NCBI RefSeq assembly: GCF_037042905.1
Contig: NC_087246.1
Span: 8,370,001-8,434,000 of the forward strand
Length of the DNA: 64,000 nt
Direction of reading: 5' to 3'
Source: Lytechinus pictus
Lineage: Eukaryota
The position numbers were made by a program, and so were the translations under genes. Below are positions 1 to 22,819 of this stretch, piece after piece. The number at the start of each line of letters is the position of its first letter. Within the stretch, counting starts at the first letter, position 1. The notes under the pieces are model-generated. The model did no database searches and was not told the DNA's origin. It saw only the letters and a list, made by a program, of their open reading frames with translations.

Positions 1-1972
1 AAATGGTTGAGTCAAAGTAAATCTTGATCTCATCCATGTAAATTAAGTCTTGTCTTAGTCACAAATTATTCCAAAATTTCCAATTTCTTTCAATCTTTTG
101 TACACAGTTTGTTGAAGACAATAGTTGTAATTTATTGTACAATTGATTGGATTTTACAGAGTACAGGGCATTATTGGCTGACCAAATAGAGTTGACTTAT
201 GTAAAGTTCACTGTATAACAAAGCAAGACTGCCTCACGTAATACAAATCATACATTAAGAACAAATTAAAGGAACAGGAACAGATGTATAATATAAGACT
301 AAATGACATGAAATACATGTTCAATTTGGGGAAGAGGCTACTTATTCTGGGAATTTTCTTGAGAAAATTTGTAATTGCTAGACAAAGGGAATCCTGAAAC
401 ACCTTTGCCACTTAGAAACTTAGATAGGACGTTTATAAAGATTCTGGACCATCTTCTGGAAAAATAATTTGTAAAGAATAATTTTTACAATTATAATAAT
501 GTATACACATGTGACTGATTTTAAACATAACATTGGATACATCAAATTCTAAGTCTTGTGGCCACACACCAACGAAAACAACAATGACCAAAATCAAGAA
601 CTGCCTAACATAGCTGTGAGGCAAAACACCTACAACAGGACTAAAAGCCTGCAACAACAAACTAGCAACAAAGTGTACAACAAAGATTCGGTACAAACAC
701 CAGCTGCTCAGATACAATTTTACTTAATTTAAAGTGTAGAGTATGAGCAACATGCCATGTCCATTATGACTATCCCAATAACACAACGCAGTAGGTGAGA
801 GTGTTCCCTGAAACTAGGACAATCCTAGCATAATCCAAAGAAAGACAATGATATGAAAACTAATGACCAAAGAGCAGAATATTCTGAAACTGTATTCCAT
901 GTGTCGAAAAGTGAATGATTACGTTTTATAGACAAGTGTCATGTAACATGAAATAAATAGTGATTGATTATGGGTTTTATTTTCATGATTCATCATATAC
1001 AATGAGATTAGATTAATCATAGAAATCAGCTCCATAATCAATCGCTAAGCTTCATGTTACAGGGTTCAGAAATAAGAGCCAAACATGAATGCATTAATCA
1101 TCAGAGATGAATCCCCATTCAAAGTTAAAACCAGCCTTGAGTATTTCATGGAGGACAATATTATTTTGTTGAAATTTTATTGGTGTTTATAAATCCTTCT
1201 ATCAAAATAATCAAGATAAATATTGATTGAGTGATGTCTCAATAAGTACCGTATTCAAATGACCAAGAACACAAAGACCACAAAGACTTAAGTTGACAAG
1301 CATGTTAGATTTTTTTTTAAAGAAAAGGAGGAGGTATGAATATGGATGACTGCTGACTACTCATAATAGGTAACATGACATAAGATTACATAAAAATGAC
1401 ACAGGTATGACATACTACAATAGGTACTACCACACAGGTACGGATACAGCCCAATTAGACACAATAGTTTTGAGAGGTTGACTATTGTTAAAAAACAATA
1501 TGGCCCCTGAAATAGTATTGTGTCTAATGTGGCTAGAACTGTGCCTGCTCCCACAAACCATATGAATGAACAGTGCAAGACAGAATATTGCCAACCTCCA
1601 ACATGAATATGTGTACAGTAATCCAATGAAAGAAAGAAGTCTTGACCATTTAATAAAACCAGCATACCAACCCCAAATGAAACTATCAATTGCGTGCCAA
1701 GAAAGAAAGTGAGATATAGGAAGATGAATGCAATTCATGCCAGTCAGAAAGAAATAACTTACTTCTGGTAACTAATTCAGAGAAACACAATAATGATAAC
1801 AAATGAAGAAATTATAACAGTCATGCATTCAATGAAAAAGAAGAGGGGTTGATGATGTAATTGAAGAAACTTAGAAATCATGCTGTTTATGTGAGAGGAA
1901 ATCATGATGATACAAGATTCACAAAATAAATGGGATGGACAAGTTTTTTTTCATTTCCATCCTTCTTGTTAC

Positions 1973-2014
1973 CTCCTCGAGAAAAGATGGCCGAAAGTCT
2001 TCGTCATCCCATTT
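1973..2014 (-). CDS. EFCAB5: possible 42-nt in-frame micro-exon of EFCAB5 (KWDDEDFRPSFLEE)
   Basis: ctag|AAATGG...GAGGAG|gtaaca; phase 0/0 matches the phase-0 end of exon 3099-3006; open frame. Polypyrimidine tract is weak. Confidence 0.4.
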
Positions 2015-2972
2015 CTAGATCAAACATTAAATGAATTGAAGAATAAACTCATAATTCTAAGCTAAAAACTCTAACTACATGATATTAACTGGAGGACACA
2101 TTCTTCACCAATAAAATTGATATAAAAATGGATGGATTTACTTTCAACAACAACTATTCAATAATACAAATTTCTACATATCAACAGTATGATGATTATG
2201 TACATGAAACATGATATAACATATGATATAACATATATCATGCACAAAAAAGTATTCTCTTATTAGTTGGGGAACACATTTTGGGTACAATCATTTCCAA
2301 ATATAGTATTTTAAAATCAGGATGTGACCCTCTCTAACCCCCCCCCCCCCAAAAAAAAGTTCAAAATATAAAATGACGGATATCTTGGGGTACTGAAAGT
2401 GAAATGGAGGGCAGGTATACCTAATATAACGTACCTGTATAATTCTTACTTTAAAAATCACCCCTAAATTATATCTTCACTTCATTAAATAAACGCAGAT
2501 ACCATGCCTTGGCATATGGTATCAGTTGGTGGCATAGTGAAAGATCATTTTTTGCAGAGAATGTTAAATTTAAAACACAGCAATGTTTTTTTTCTATCCA
2601 TTTAATTAATGTACTCGTTGATGGTAGGTTTAGTAGGCTAAGAACAGCATCATGATAAGCTCAATTAATTAATGTTTAAATAACTTGTAAATCACTTTCG
2701 AAACTTCATACTACCATAATCCATTTGCATGGCTTTTTTTGTACAAGCTTATATAAATGAATCATAGAAACTCTGACTCTGTCACACAAAGGTTTGCAAT
2801 CAAACATGATATAGTAATGACCAATCAAAATCAATGTTTGATGTGTTACTCTTCAACAACCCCACTATCAACCAATCAGATTTGGTTTAGGAATTAGCAA
2901 TTGATTGCATATTTTTTTTTATCAGTGCCCAAGTAATCCCTGCATTAAGCCAATTAAAAAAAGGGGACTTCA

Positions 2973-14457
<11,485 letters not shown>

Positions 14458-14989
14458 TTTGTTTCACTGCTCAATCTTATATTTCCTTTCCTGGATGTAA
14501 AGAGAAAATAAGAAATTATCGTATCTCAAGTCCCAACTAAGACAGACCTGAGTAAAAAGTTTGCCAACATGTTTTTTCACCAAAATTTATACGATCATGC
14601 TCTCTCTCTCTAGCTCTCTCCCCACCGAGAGGGGTTACCTGTGCATCTGCGCGGAATTATCTCAGCAAGAATGTGGGACAATCAATCCTATCTCCATGCT
14701 GAAATCAATTTTAGTCAAGTTACCAAATGCTATACTGCACCTACTCACTGGTACTTTGCTAAATGTGTGTACATGCCCCAAGTTCCAAGTACTAAAATTC
14801 CCTGCTGAAACAGTCAAGGAGATTTGCATAATTTTCCCTTCACCAATTTGGCCACACTCATTCACATTCAGATTCGCCCCTTTTGTTAACCGCTCACATC
14901 AACACGTGTTCGTCAAAGGTTCAAAGTTTGTTGACCTCATATTTTGACGTCTCGTAAATAACTTTTCTTATTGTGTTCATTGTGTTGAA

Positions 14990-15300
14990 CTCTCCCCCCC
15001 TCTTAGCTAACGACCCTACAGGCCTTGTTTTCTTCCTCTTGTAAATGTCCACTTGACTTCTTATCCCCCGCCTCTTTCTCACTCTTTCTTTCTTGATTTT
15101 GTTTTTCTTTATCTCCACAGCCCCTTAATTTCCCATTCTCTCTTTTCAATCGGCCCATCCTCTCCCCGTTACCACCCCCTCTCTTTCGCTCTCTCCCTCT
15201 CTTACCACAAACAATCAACATCCTCTTCTGCTCCGAGTCTCAATCTTCCCATCTTTTTTTCTATTTCTCTCTTCTCTCGTCCAGGTCATCAATACTCTTT
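14990..15300. repeat. CT-rich low-complexity tract
   Basis: Polypyrimidine sequence; accounts for the spurious Arg/Lys/Glu-rich and Leu/Ser-rich ORFs here. Confidence 0.7.
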
Positions 15301-16452
15301 ATCTCATTTAATAATGTCAATACTTCTATCTTTCACACATGCCAAAATTGAGTTGATCATCACGCCACCATCCCATCATAAATTTAAATTCTAATCAATC
15401 CAATAGTTTATTTAAATTCTATTCATGACCGCACATGCACAAAAAGGTTACAGCACCCATCACAAATCTCAGTAATATTTCCAGCATTTTCTTCCTTCCA
15501 TTCGCGATCGATTCACAGATCATTTTCAAGCAAGAGGTAATGTTTTTTTCCTGTTATTTACATTTTTTTTTTTGCGGGGGGGATTCAGACGACCTTTATA
15601 GTATTCATAAAAATTAAACTTGTCATAATAGGCCTACATACAGTCGTAGATATAAGATAATTATAAAGAAGTCGCATCCCCCCCCAAAAAAAAGTAAATA
15701 AATAAAAACTCAGTGGAAATCCAATTGAAACAAGTTAAGAGCAGAAAGTTGCTTATTTGTCAGAGAAAAAAAGACTTGCATACAGAATAAAAAAGTGTTA
15801 ATCCCTGTGGTTTGTCTGTCAATGCCCCAAGGTTGATACTTTGATGAAGCCTGCATTACACCACGAGGTCAAAAGGCAGGCTAGGGAGTGTTTCAAAAGA
15901 GTTTTGTCAGTGATTTTGTTTGTTGACAGAGGGATGTTATAAGCTATGGCAACCCTTGCATGTGATTGGCAGAAAGCAAATCTGTTGTTGAAAACCACTG
16001 AAAAACTCCTCATGAAACGCTCCCCGTCTCGATTGGCTTCGTTTGTGCACTGTAGCTGTGCACAAGTGCATGGAGCCGACTAGACCAAAAGCTTCCGTCT
16101 CTGTTATATTGGTTGTCCTGCTGAACTATGTTGGCTCCACTCACCAATTACAGAGACCGAAGTTCTAACTCGATCTGTACAAGGACTCAAGGACTCAAGG
16201 ACTCAATGGCCATATGTTTATGTATTAAGTTTGGATAAACCAGGGAAGTGGGAGTTGCGGGACAGCCGAAGTAAGTCACTGTTTTTTTTCCTTTTAAGTT
16301 TAGTTTTCCCTGTTTTGGTGCATTTCAGGCCAAACGGAATAATAATCTTTATTTTGGTCCAGTCCTATTTTTATGATATAACGACAAAAATTGATAAGCC
16401 CCTTCGGGGGGATTTTGAATTGTTAACCCCCTAATGGTGGCTGCACGATCTT

Positions 16453-18012
16453 TAACCCAGAGAGCTCCTGCCCGCACAGCGGGCGGGAGCCCAGAAGCTT
16501 ACCGTGTATTTGACCATATTCACCGGACTAGGGTGATTTATGGTCTAAATATTTCTCCAAATGAATTGTGAAAACAGAAAGTATACAATTACCACAATTA
16601 TATTGATGAAGGTCTAACGAGTGGCAGTTTCCTGACATCTGGGCACAGACTGGAACCTCAAAAAAACGAAAAGTTCTCTCCTCTACCCCAGTCTCGATCG
16701 GCCATTTTGTTACGATTTTTAACAAAAATGGCCGATCGAAACGGAGGTAGAAGGAGAGAACTTTTCGTTTTTTTGAGGTTCCAGTCTGTGCCCAGATGTC
16801 AGGAAACTGCCACTCGTTAGACCTTCATCCATATAATCGTGGTAATTGTATACTTTCTGTTTTCACAATTCATTTGGAGAAATATTTAGACCATAAATCA
16901 CCCTAGTCCGGTGAATATGGTCAAATACACGGTAAGCTTCTGGGGCCCGTTTCTCAACACCGTCATAAGTCTAACTTCTTGACTAAATCGGAGATAGTCA
17001 GCTACTTGTCCGCTAACCGTTTCACGAAGCCCTCTTTACCAAGATCGGGTACAACAACCTCACTAAATATTTATGACACCTCCGAACCTGTCATAACTTC
17101 TTTCTTAATGACGTAGTGGCATCACGTGGGTAGACTATGACATGCAAAAGTGCCTAGAAATTTGAAAATAATAATCTTACGTAATCAATCATAGAGGTTG
17201 AAATTACATCACAAAACAAGTGGGATAATGCATTCAATGATAATTCTAATACAAAGAAACTATAAAAACTGTTGGTAAAACGCCACAAAACCATTCACTT
17301 TAAAATAGTAAAATGATTTAATCGATAAAGATTCTACCACGTCAGGCCATCCATAACTGGACTCGTATTTGTTGTTTTCAGACCCCTATTAACATTTGGA
17401 TAAATTCTATCTCTAATTTATGCATAGAATTTGTCAAATCGTATGTTTCGGTATCAAATATTTATTTTTGGTTTTGTTAAACTATATTTTGATGATGTTT
17501 GGAATCGTAGAAGGGCGTATAATTATCATCATTTTAAAAAGAAAACCGTTATGGTTTACTTTCGTAAACTATTAAAATTCGATGTCACGGGGGTACCCAT
17601 CTCAACGTCCACATGTGATTTTCTAGTCATGAAATAAACTATTCATAATTCAATTTTCTCAGCAATTGAATGCTCCAATCTTCATGGTCTAAGTATGTAT
17701 GATGCATAATTTACATGTGCTATTATTTTGAAAAGATGTATTCCCCAATTTATCACAATATTTGCAATTTTGTCATAATTTTTCTTTTTGAAAATTATGC
17801 TATTTTGTGACTAAGGCTACGTCTCGTCTGCTCTTTTTACCGATAGTATCGATATCAAGGTATTCTAGTTAGGAAGCCTTTCGTGAAACAGGTTTAGTAA
17901 GATTGGAACTAACTCCGTGGTTGGTGGATAAAGATATGACTAACTTTTCCAGTTGTTGAGAAACGGGCCCCTGGGCTCCCGCCCGCGCAGCGGGCGGGAG
18001 CTCTCTGGGTTA
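16453..18012. mobile_element. near-perfect palindromic (foldback) MITE with arms of about 270 bp, interrupted by a Harbinger MITE
   Basis: 16453-16712 is the reverse complement of 16720-16942 plus 17974-18012, with only a few mismatches. Confidence 0.85.
16943..17970. mobile_element. PIF/Harbinger-type non-autonomous element
   Basis: TIRs GGGCCCGTTTCTCAACA / TGTTGAGAAACGGGCCC; 3-bp CTG TSD at 16940-16942 and 17971-17973; removing it restores the host palindrome. Confidence 0.85.
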
Positions 18013-18065
18013 CACGATCTTGAGCCGTCTGTGTACGAGGAGAAATAAAATGAATCTAAAATGTT

Positions 18066-19035
18066 AAACAAGTGGAATGCCTCTGGCCGTCTCACCTGCA
18101 TCACGCGATTCAATATAGCAGCAGTGCTGATTTTGAAAACTACTATAACTCGCACAAGATGTTCAGTGATACTTGGTTACTCTTATTTCCACGTTTTATG
18201 AACTAGACCAATACACTTATAGAGATATGATGGCAATTCAACAAATACCCCCAACGTGGCCAAAGTTCTTTGACCTTACATGACCTTTGACCTTGATCAT
18301 GTGACCTGAAACTCGCACAGGATGTTCAGTGATACTTGATTACTATTATGTCCAAGTTTTATGAACTAGACCAACACACTTTCAAATTTATGGCTGTAAT
18401 TCAACAAATACCCCAATTTGACCAAAGTTCATTGACCCTAAATGACCTTTGACCTTGATCATGTGACCTGAAACTTGCACAGGATGTTCAGTAATACTTG
18501 ATTACTATTATGTCCAAGTTTCATGAATCAGATCCATAAACTTTCAAAGTTATGATGGTAATTCAACAAATACCCCAATTCGGCCAAAGTTCATTGACCC
18601 TAAATGACCTTTGACCTTGGTCATGTGACGTGAAACTCATGCAGGATGTTCAGTGATACTTGATTAACCTTATGTATAAGTTTCATGAACTAGGTCCATA
18701 TATTTTCTAAGTTATGATGACATTTCAAAAACTTAACCTTAGGTTAAGATTTTGATGTTGATTCCCCCAACATGGTCTAAGTTCATTGACCCTAAATGAC
18801 CTTTGACCTTGGTCATGTGACATGAAACTCAGGCAGGATGTTCAGTAATACTTGATTAACCTTATGGCCAAGTTTCATGAACTAGGTCCATATACTTTCT
18901 AAGTTATGCTGTCATTTCAAAAACTTAACCTCAGGTTAAGATTTGGTGTTGACGCCGCCGCCGCCGTCGCCGCCGCCGTCGCCGTCGGAAAAGCGGCGCC
19001 TATAGTCTCACTCTGCTATGCAGGTGAGACAAAAA
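18066..19035 (+). mobile_element. HINE/DINE-1/pearl-like non-autonomous element with an internal tandem array of about 162 bp
   Basis: Units marked by 'gatgttcagt.atacttg' at 18158, 18321, 18483, 18645, 18837 with 'tgacctttgaccttg' cores, then a (GCC)n microsatellite, a 3' hairpin gtctcac...gtgagac and an A-run. Related fragments at about 23510-23890 and 41880-42200. Confidence 0.7.
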
Positions 19036-19490
19036 CTGCTAGCTGTGTAGGAGCCAACATGCACCCCATGTACGTAGCGGTGAGGATGAGGCCTTACGCA
19101 GCTAAATCAAACGGAGCTCAGACATCAGACAACTTGCTCTGGATTTGCATGTACACAACCCTATATATTGCAGCTGTCGGCAAGAATTGGCCAGAAGACG
19201 GGATGAAATCACCAAATTTTTCAAGAAAAGAACCGGTGGCGGTGAGTACCGATTTTACTTATAATTCATAGATTAATAATAAAAGAAATAGACCTGAATT
19301 TTAGGCTGTAATTTAGAGGACTTGGCTGGCATTTAAAGGCTAAACCCACACCCGTTTGGACTCGGTTATTTAACACGCAATTGAATAGGCGTGTTGCCTG
19401 TTTGACTCAGACTCAGAGACAGAGTGCCAATACTCCCTACAATTTGTTCAATGAAATAATTTTCAAGAGATTTTTGGCACACTTGTCTAA

Positions 19491-19704
19491 TACCTTGGTC
19501 ACATTTGCTCTACGGCGGCCGTATGGCGAGTCGAAAACAGCCGTTTTATTAATTTTAATTCAAACCATCCTATAAGTAGGCCTATATGTATTTGGACAAA
19601 AAAATACTTTACTTGAAAAAAAAAAATACTTGTTACTTGTTAGAACGGCTGTTTTCGACTCGCCGTACGGCCGCCGTAGTCGTAGAGCAAATGTGACCAA
19701 GGTA
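19491..19704. mobile_element. small Harbinger-like MITE with TIRs of about 55 bp
   Basis: taccttggtcacatttgctctacggcggccgta...aaaacagccgtt and its reverse complement at 19643-19704; flanked by TAA and TTA. Confidence 0.75.
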
Positions 19705-20087
19705 TTACTCATAAGAATTTAAAGAAAATCATCAGCTGAAATTTGTTGTGGAATAAGAATAAATTCATGCTTAATTTTAAGTTAAAGTCTTTTGTTGGTG
19801 CGACATGCGCAGACATGCATGTGGGACTCCCTGCACAATGTTCCCTACGCAAATATAAATAAATGGGACTGGAAAATTCGAACTGTTCCAACTGCAAAAG
19901 AAATGGCGAGATTCAGAAGAAAAAAACTATCGGAAAACATAAAAACAGGCATTAAAATAATTTTAATTTATTGGTACGAATGACTTAATAACGTATATAC
20001 TTAAAATTTCAAAAAATATGTACAAAATCATGATTTACGATACCTTTTTGCTCTGCTCCTTGACTTCCAAAAGTTGATAAACTGTGC

Positions 20088-20100
20088 GTTGCTATGGTAC
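20088..20100. promoter_or_regulatory. RFX X-box-like motif at the putative EFCAB5 promoter / non-coding first exon
   Basis: GTTGCTATGGTAC (X-box consensus GTTNCCATGGNAAC), about 45 bp from a minus-strand donor AAG|gtatcg at 20044/20043. The EFCAB5 ATG exon starts with an acceptor at 14490, so an upstream non-coding exon is needed. Confidence 0.5.
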
Positions 20101-20154
20101 ATAGATTTCCAACAACCGCCCTCTATAGAATAATACATTATAGTCAGGCAAGCT

Positions 20155-20214
20155 CATAGAGATGTATACTAATCATAGAGATGTACATCTCTATGACTAA
20201 TATACATCTCTATG
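20155..20214. mobile_element. nested ultra-short palindromic TIR-only elements (CATAGAG termini, P-element-like)
   Basis: Outer 60-bp unit flanked by 8-bp TSD GGCAAGCT (20147-20154, 20215-20222); inner perfect 22-bp palindrome CATAGAGATGTACATCTCTATG (20174-20195) flanked by ACTAAT. Confidence 0.75.
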
Positions 20215-21818
20215 GGCAAGCTGGATCATGTAAGTCGGCCAATTCGAGCTCATCAATCAACTCTTTAATAAATTATGATGAACCATAGGCTACACTATTC
20301 CTATTTAATTTATTTTGCGTTGGTTTTGCCTTGTTTTTGCAACATGTAATATTTTTACTGATTTCTCTTTCTGGGTTTGTTGTTATAAAAAAATAAAGAT
20401 TTTTTTTTTAAATAACCGAGAAAAAAATAATTCTTTGAGAATACAAACACCAACCAACCAATCACGACGCGAGAAAGACAAGACATACTTTTTGTAGCAC
20501 TGATCTGTCCATACTTATTAGTATATATCTCTATGGTCCATACAAATCAGTCCTTTCTAGTCGAGTGGGAATATGGGCGTCACACTAACGTTTTGTGATA
20601 AAAGGGGATACTTCCACCCCGTCGCCCCCTCCCCCCCCCAAAAAAAAAAAGGTATAATAATAGTGATTAAGGTGGCCAGAATAGGCAATTGTTCACCTCA
20701 AATCATTTTGAAGTCAAGTCTTGATATTCACTGAGTTTGGCCGACATATCCACAAAATAATAGTGCATAAAAATAATAGTGCATAAAAAACCCTTTTCGG
20801 ATTTTGCCGATGTTCAGCTGATGCTTCGCGCTCGCATATATTATTGAGATACAGATGCAGGAACACGGGGAGATGAGGGGGAAAGGGATGGGGAGAGACG
20901 GAGAGGGGGTGTGGAGATTATATTTAGCTATATATTTTTTTACAGTAGCTTAAAGGCGATAAGGTATTTTGCCCCCCCCCCCGCACGTTCTGAGTAATGC
21001 CAATGACTGGAATGGTACAGTGGCACAGTTCCATCGGTTTTTAGCAAGCACCCCATTATCCTCCTAAACAGGAGGCTCATGAGGCATTAAAAGACATATT
21101 CTAGGTATGATATCACTGAAGATATTATAACCACCTCCACCTTCAGTATGTGTCTGTTCGAATAACCCCAAATACATCCCAGTCCCGATATTGACATACC
21201 GCTCTCATCTATAACAAGATTATATATTTCAGTGTTTGTATTTCTCCCTATGTTTTTGTAAATATCTCCTGTAAAGTTTGTAAATTTTAATCCAATATCG
21301 AGTGAATATTTTTCTTAACCTTTTTTTAAAGTTTGATATGAACAGACGATATCATCACATCATGTATAGGCCTATAAAGTCTGGATCTTTACTATACATA
21401 GAAAATAGAAATGGTTTTGTTGTTGTTTGTTTCTTTGATTTATTATATTGTTATGATATAGAACACTTCTACATACAGACAAGGAAGCAATGAATCATCA
21501 ATAAAAACAAAATGTATCAAGCGCATCACCGAGATATTGACCATGTCTTGAAATCTATAGGCTGGATCACAATGGTCAGTCCACAAGATCATCCCGAACA
21601 AAATACAAAAACCAAATATTCATGATGCATGGCAGCAATAAGAAAAAAAAAAAAACATGATATTCAAACAGTATTATGTTTCGACAGTAAATCGGGATAT
21701 ATCTATACAATGTTTTAAAGTACTGATTTTAACAAGGGCCCTGATGAAAACGAGCAAATGCTGACTCCCATTTACTAACGAAACTTAATGGAATACTGCA
21801 TTAAACAATACTTACATA

Positions 21819-22474
21819 CAGAGGCGTCGATCATGGGGGGGGGCAGGGGGGGGGGCAACCGCCCCACCAATGAAAATATTTGGGGGGGGGGGGGGCAAAC
21901 ATATCGTTTTGCCCCCCCAATAATTCCGCATGTGCAAAAAATAAAATAAGATTGTAATGTTACACAGAAATCAGCAAGCGAGATGGAGATACACAACTCG
22001 TTCTTCATCTAAAATCGTGCTCAAAATGTCCGGTTTTCAGATTAGAATATAAAAAAATTTCAATCATTTCTGTAGCAAAAACCCATACTTTTCATGATTG
22101 AATAGGTGAATAGAATGTCCCGTTTTCAGTTCTATACCTCAAAAGAACTCCCACTTCGATTTGCAATAATCTTTTGTTGGATATATTTCTTGTTCTTTAT
22201 TAAAAACGTCAATTAAACTTTTTTTTTTTCAGATCAAAATATCAAAATTTTCAGCTCGCGCTNNNNNNNNNNNNNNNNNNNNNNNNNNNNNNNNNNNNNN
22301 NNNNNNNNNNNNNNNNNNNNNNNNNNNNNNNNNNNNNNNNNNNNNNNNNNNNNNNNNNNNNNNNNNNNNNNNNNNNNNNNNNNNNNNNNNNNNTTGTTTT
22401 GTGTGATCGAGCGCCTTTGGAAGTTGCTTCATGATTTTGCCCCCCCCCATCTGAAAAATGGATCGACGCCCCTG
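21819..22474. mobile_element. hAT-type MITE spanning an assembly gap
   Basis: TIRs CAGAGGCGTCGATC / GATCGACGCCCCTG; 8-bp TSD CTTACATA at 21811-21818 and 22475-22482. Confidence 0.8.
22263..22393. other. assembly gap (N run)
   Basis: Run of n characters. Confidence 1.
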
Positions 22475-22819
22475 CTTACATACGAATATAGGGCTAGCTA
22501 CATATTATATATATCTGGTCAAATCCTTTCTTTGGGGGGGGGGCGGGGCTTCAGTCTCCACCCCCCCCCCCCCCCCGCCGCCCGCCCTTGACGCAGACGT
22601 GCGCCTCCGGCAAACGTTAAGGTGAAACCCTCTTTTGTGACTTTGGTCTGGTTTCAGTACACAATAGAATGGTGCACATCAATAATGAAAACAAAATCCA
22701 CTGGTTTTACATTATATACAATATAATAGAGCTGCACTATCGCAATCAGTGTCGTTTATTCATTATGAATAATAGTAACCATCGAAGAGACCGAACAGTC
22801 CAAGGTTTGGTGGAGTGCA

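Noticed and set aside
19170-19250. Plus-strand exon-like segment ending in GCG|gtgagt
   Set aside because: No partner exon or recognisable coding signal found; may be chance or a lncRNA exon.
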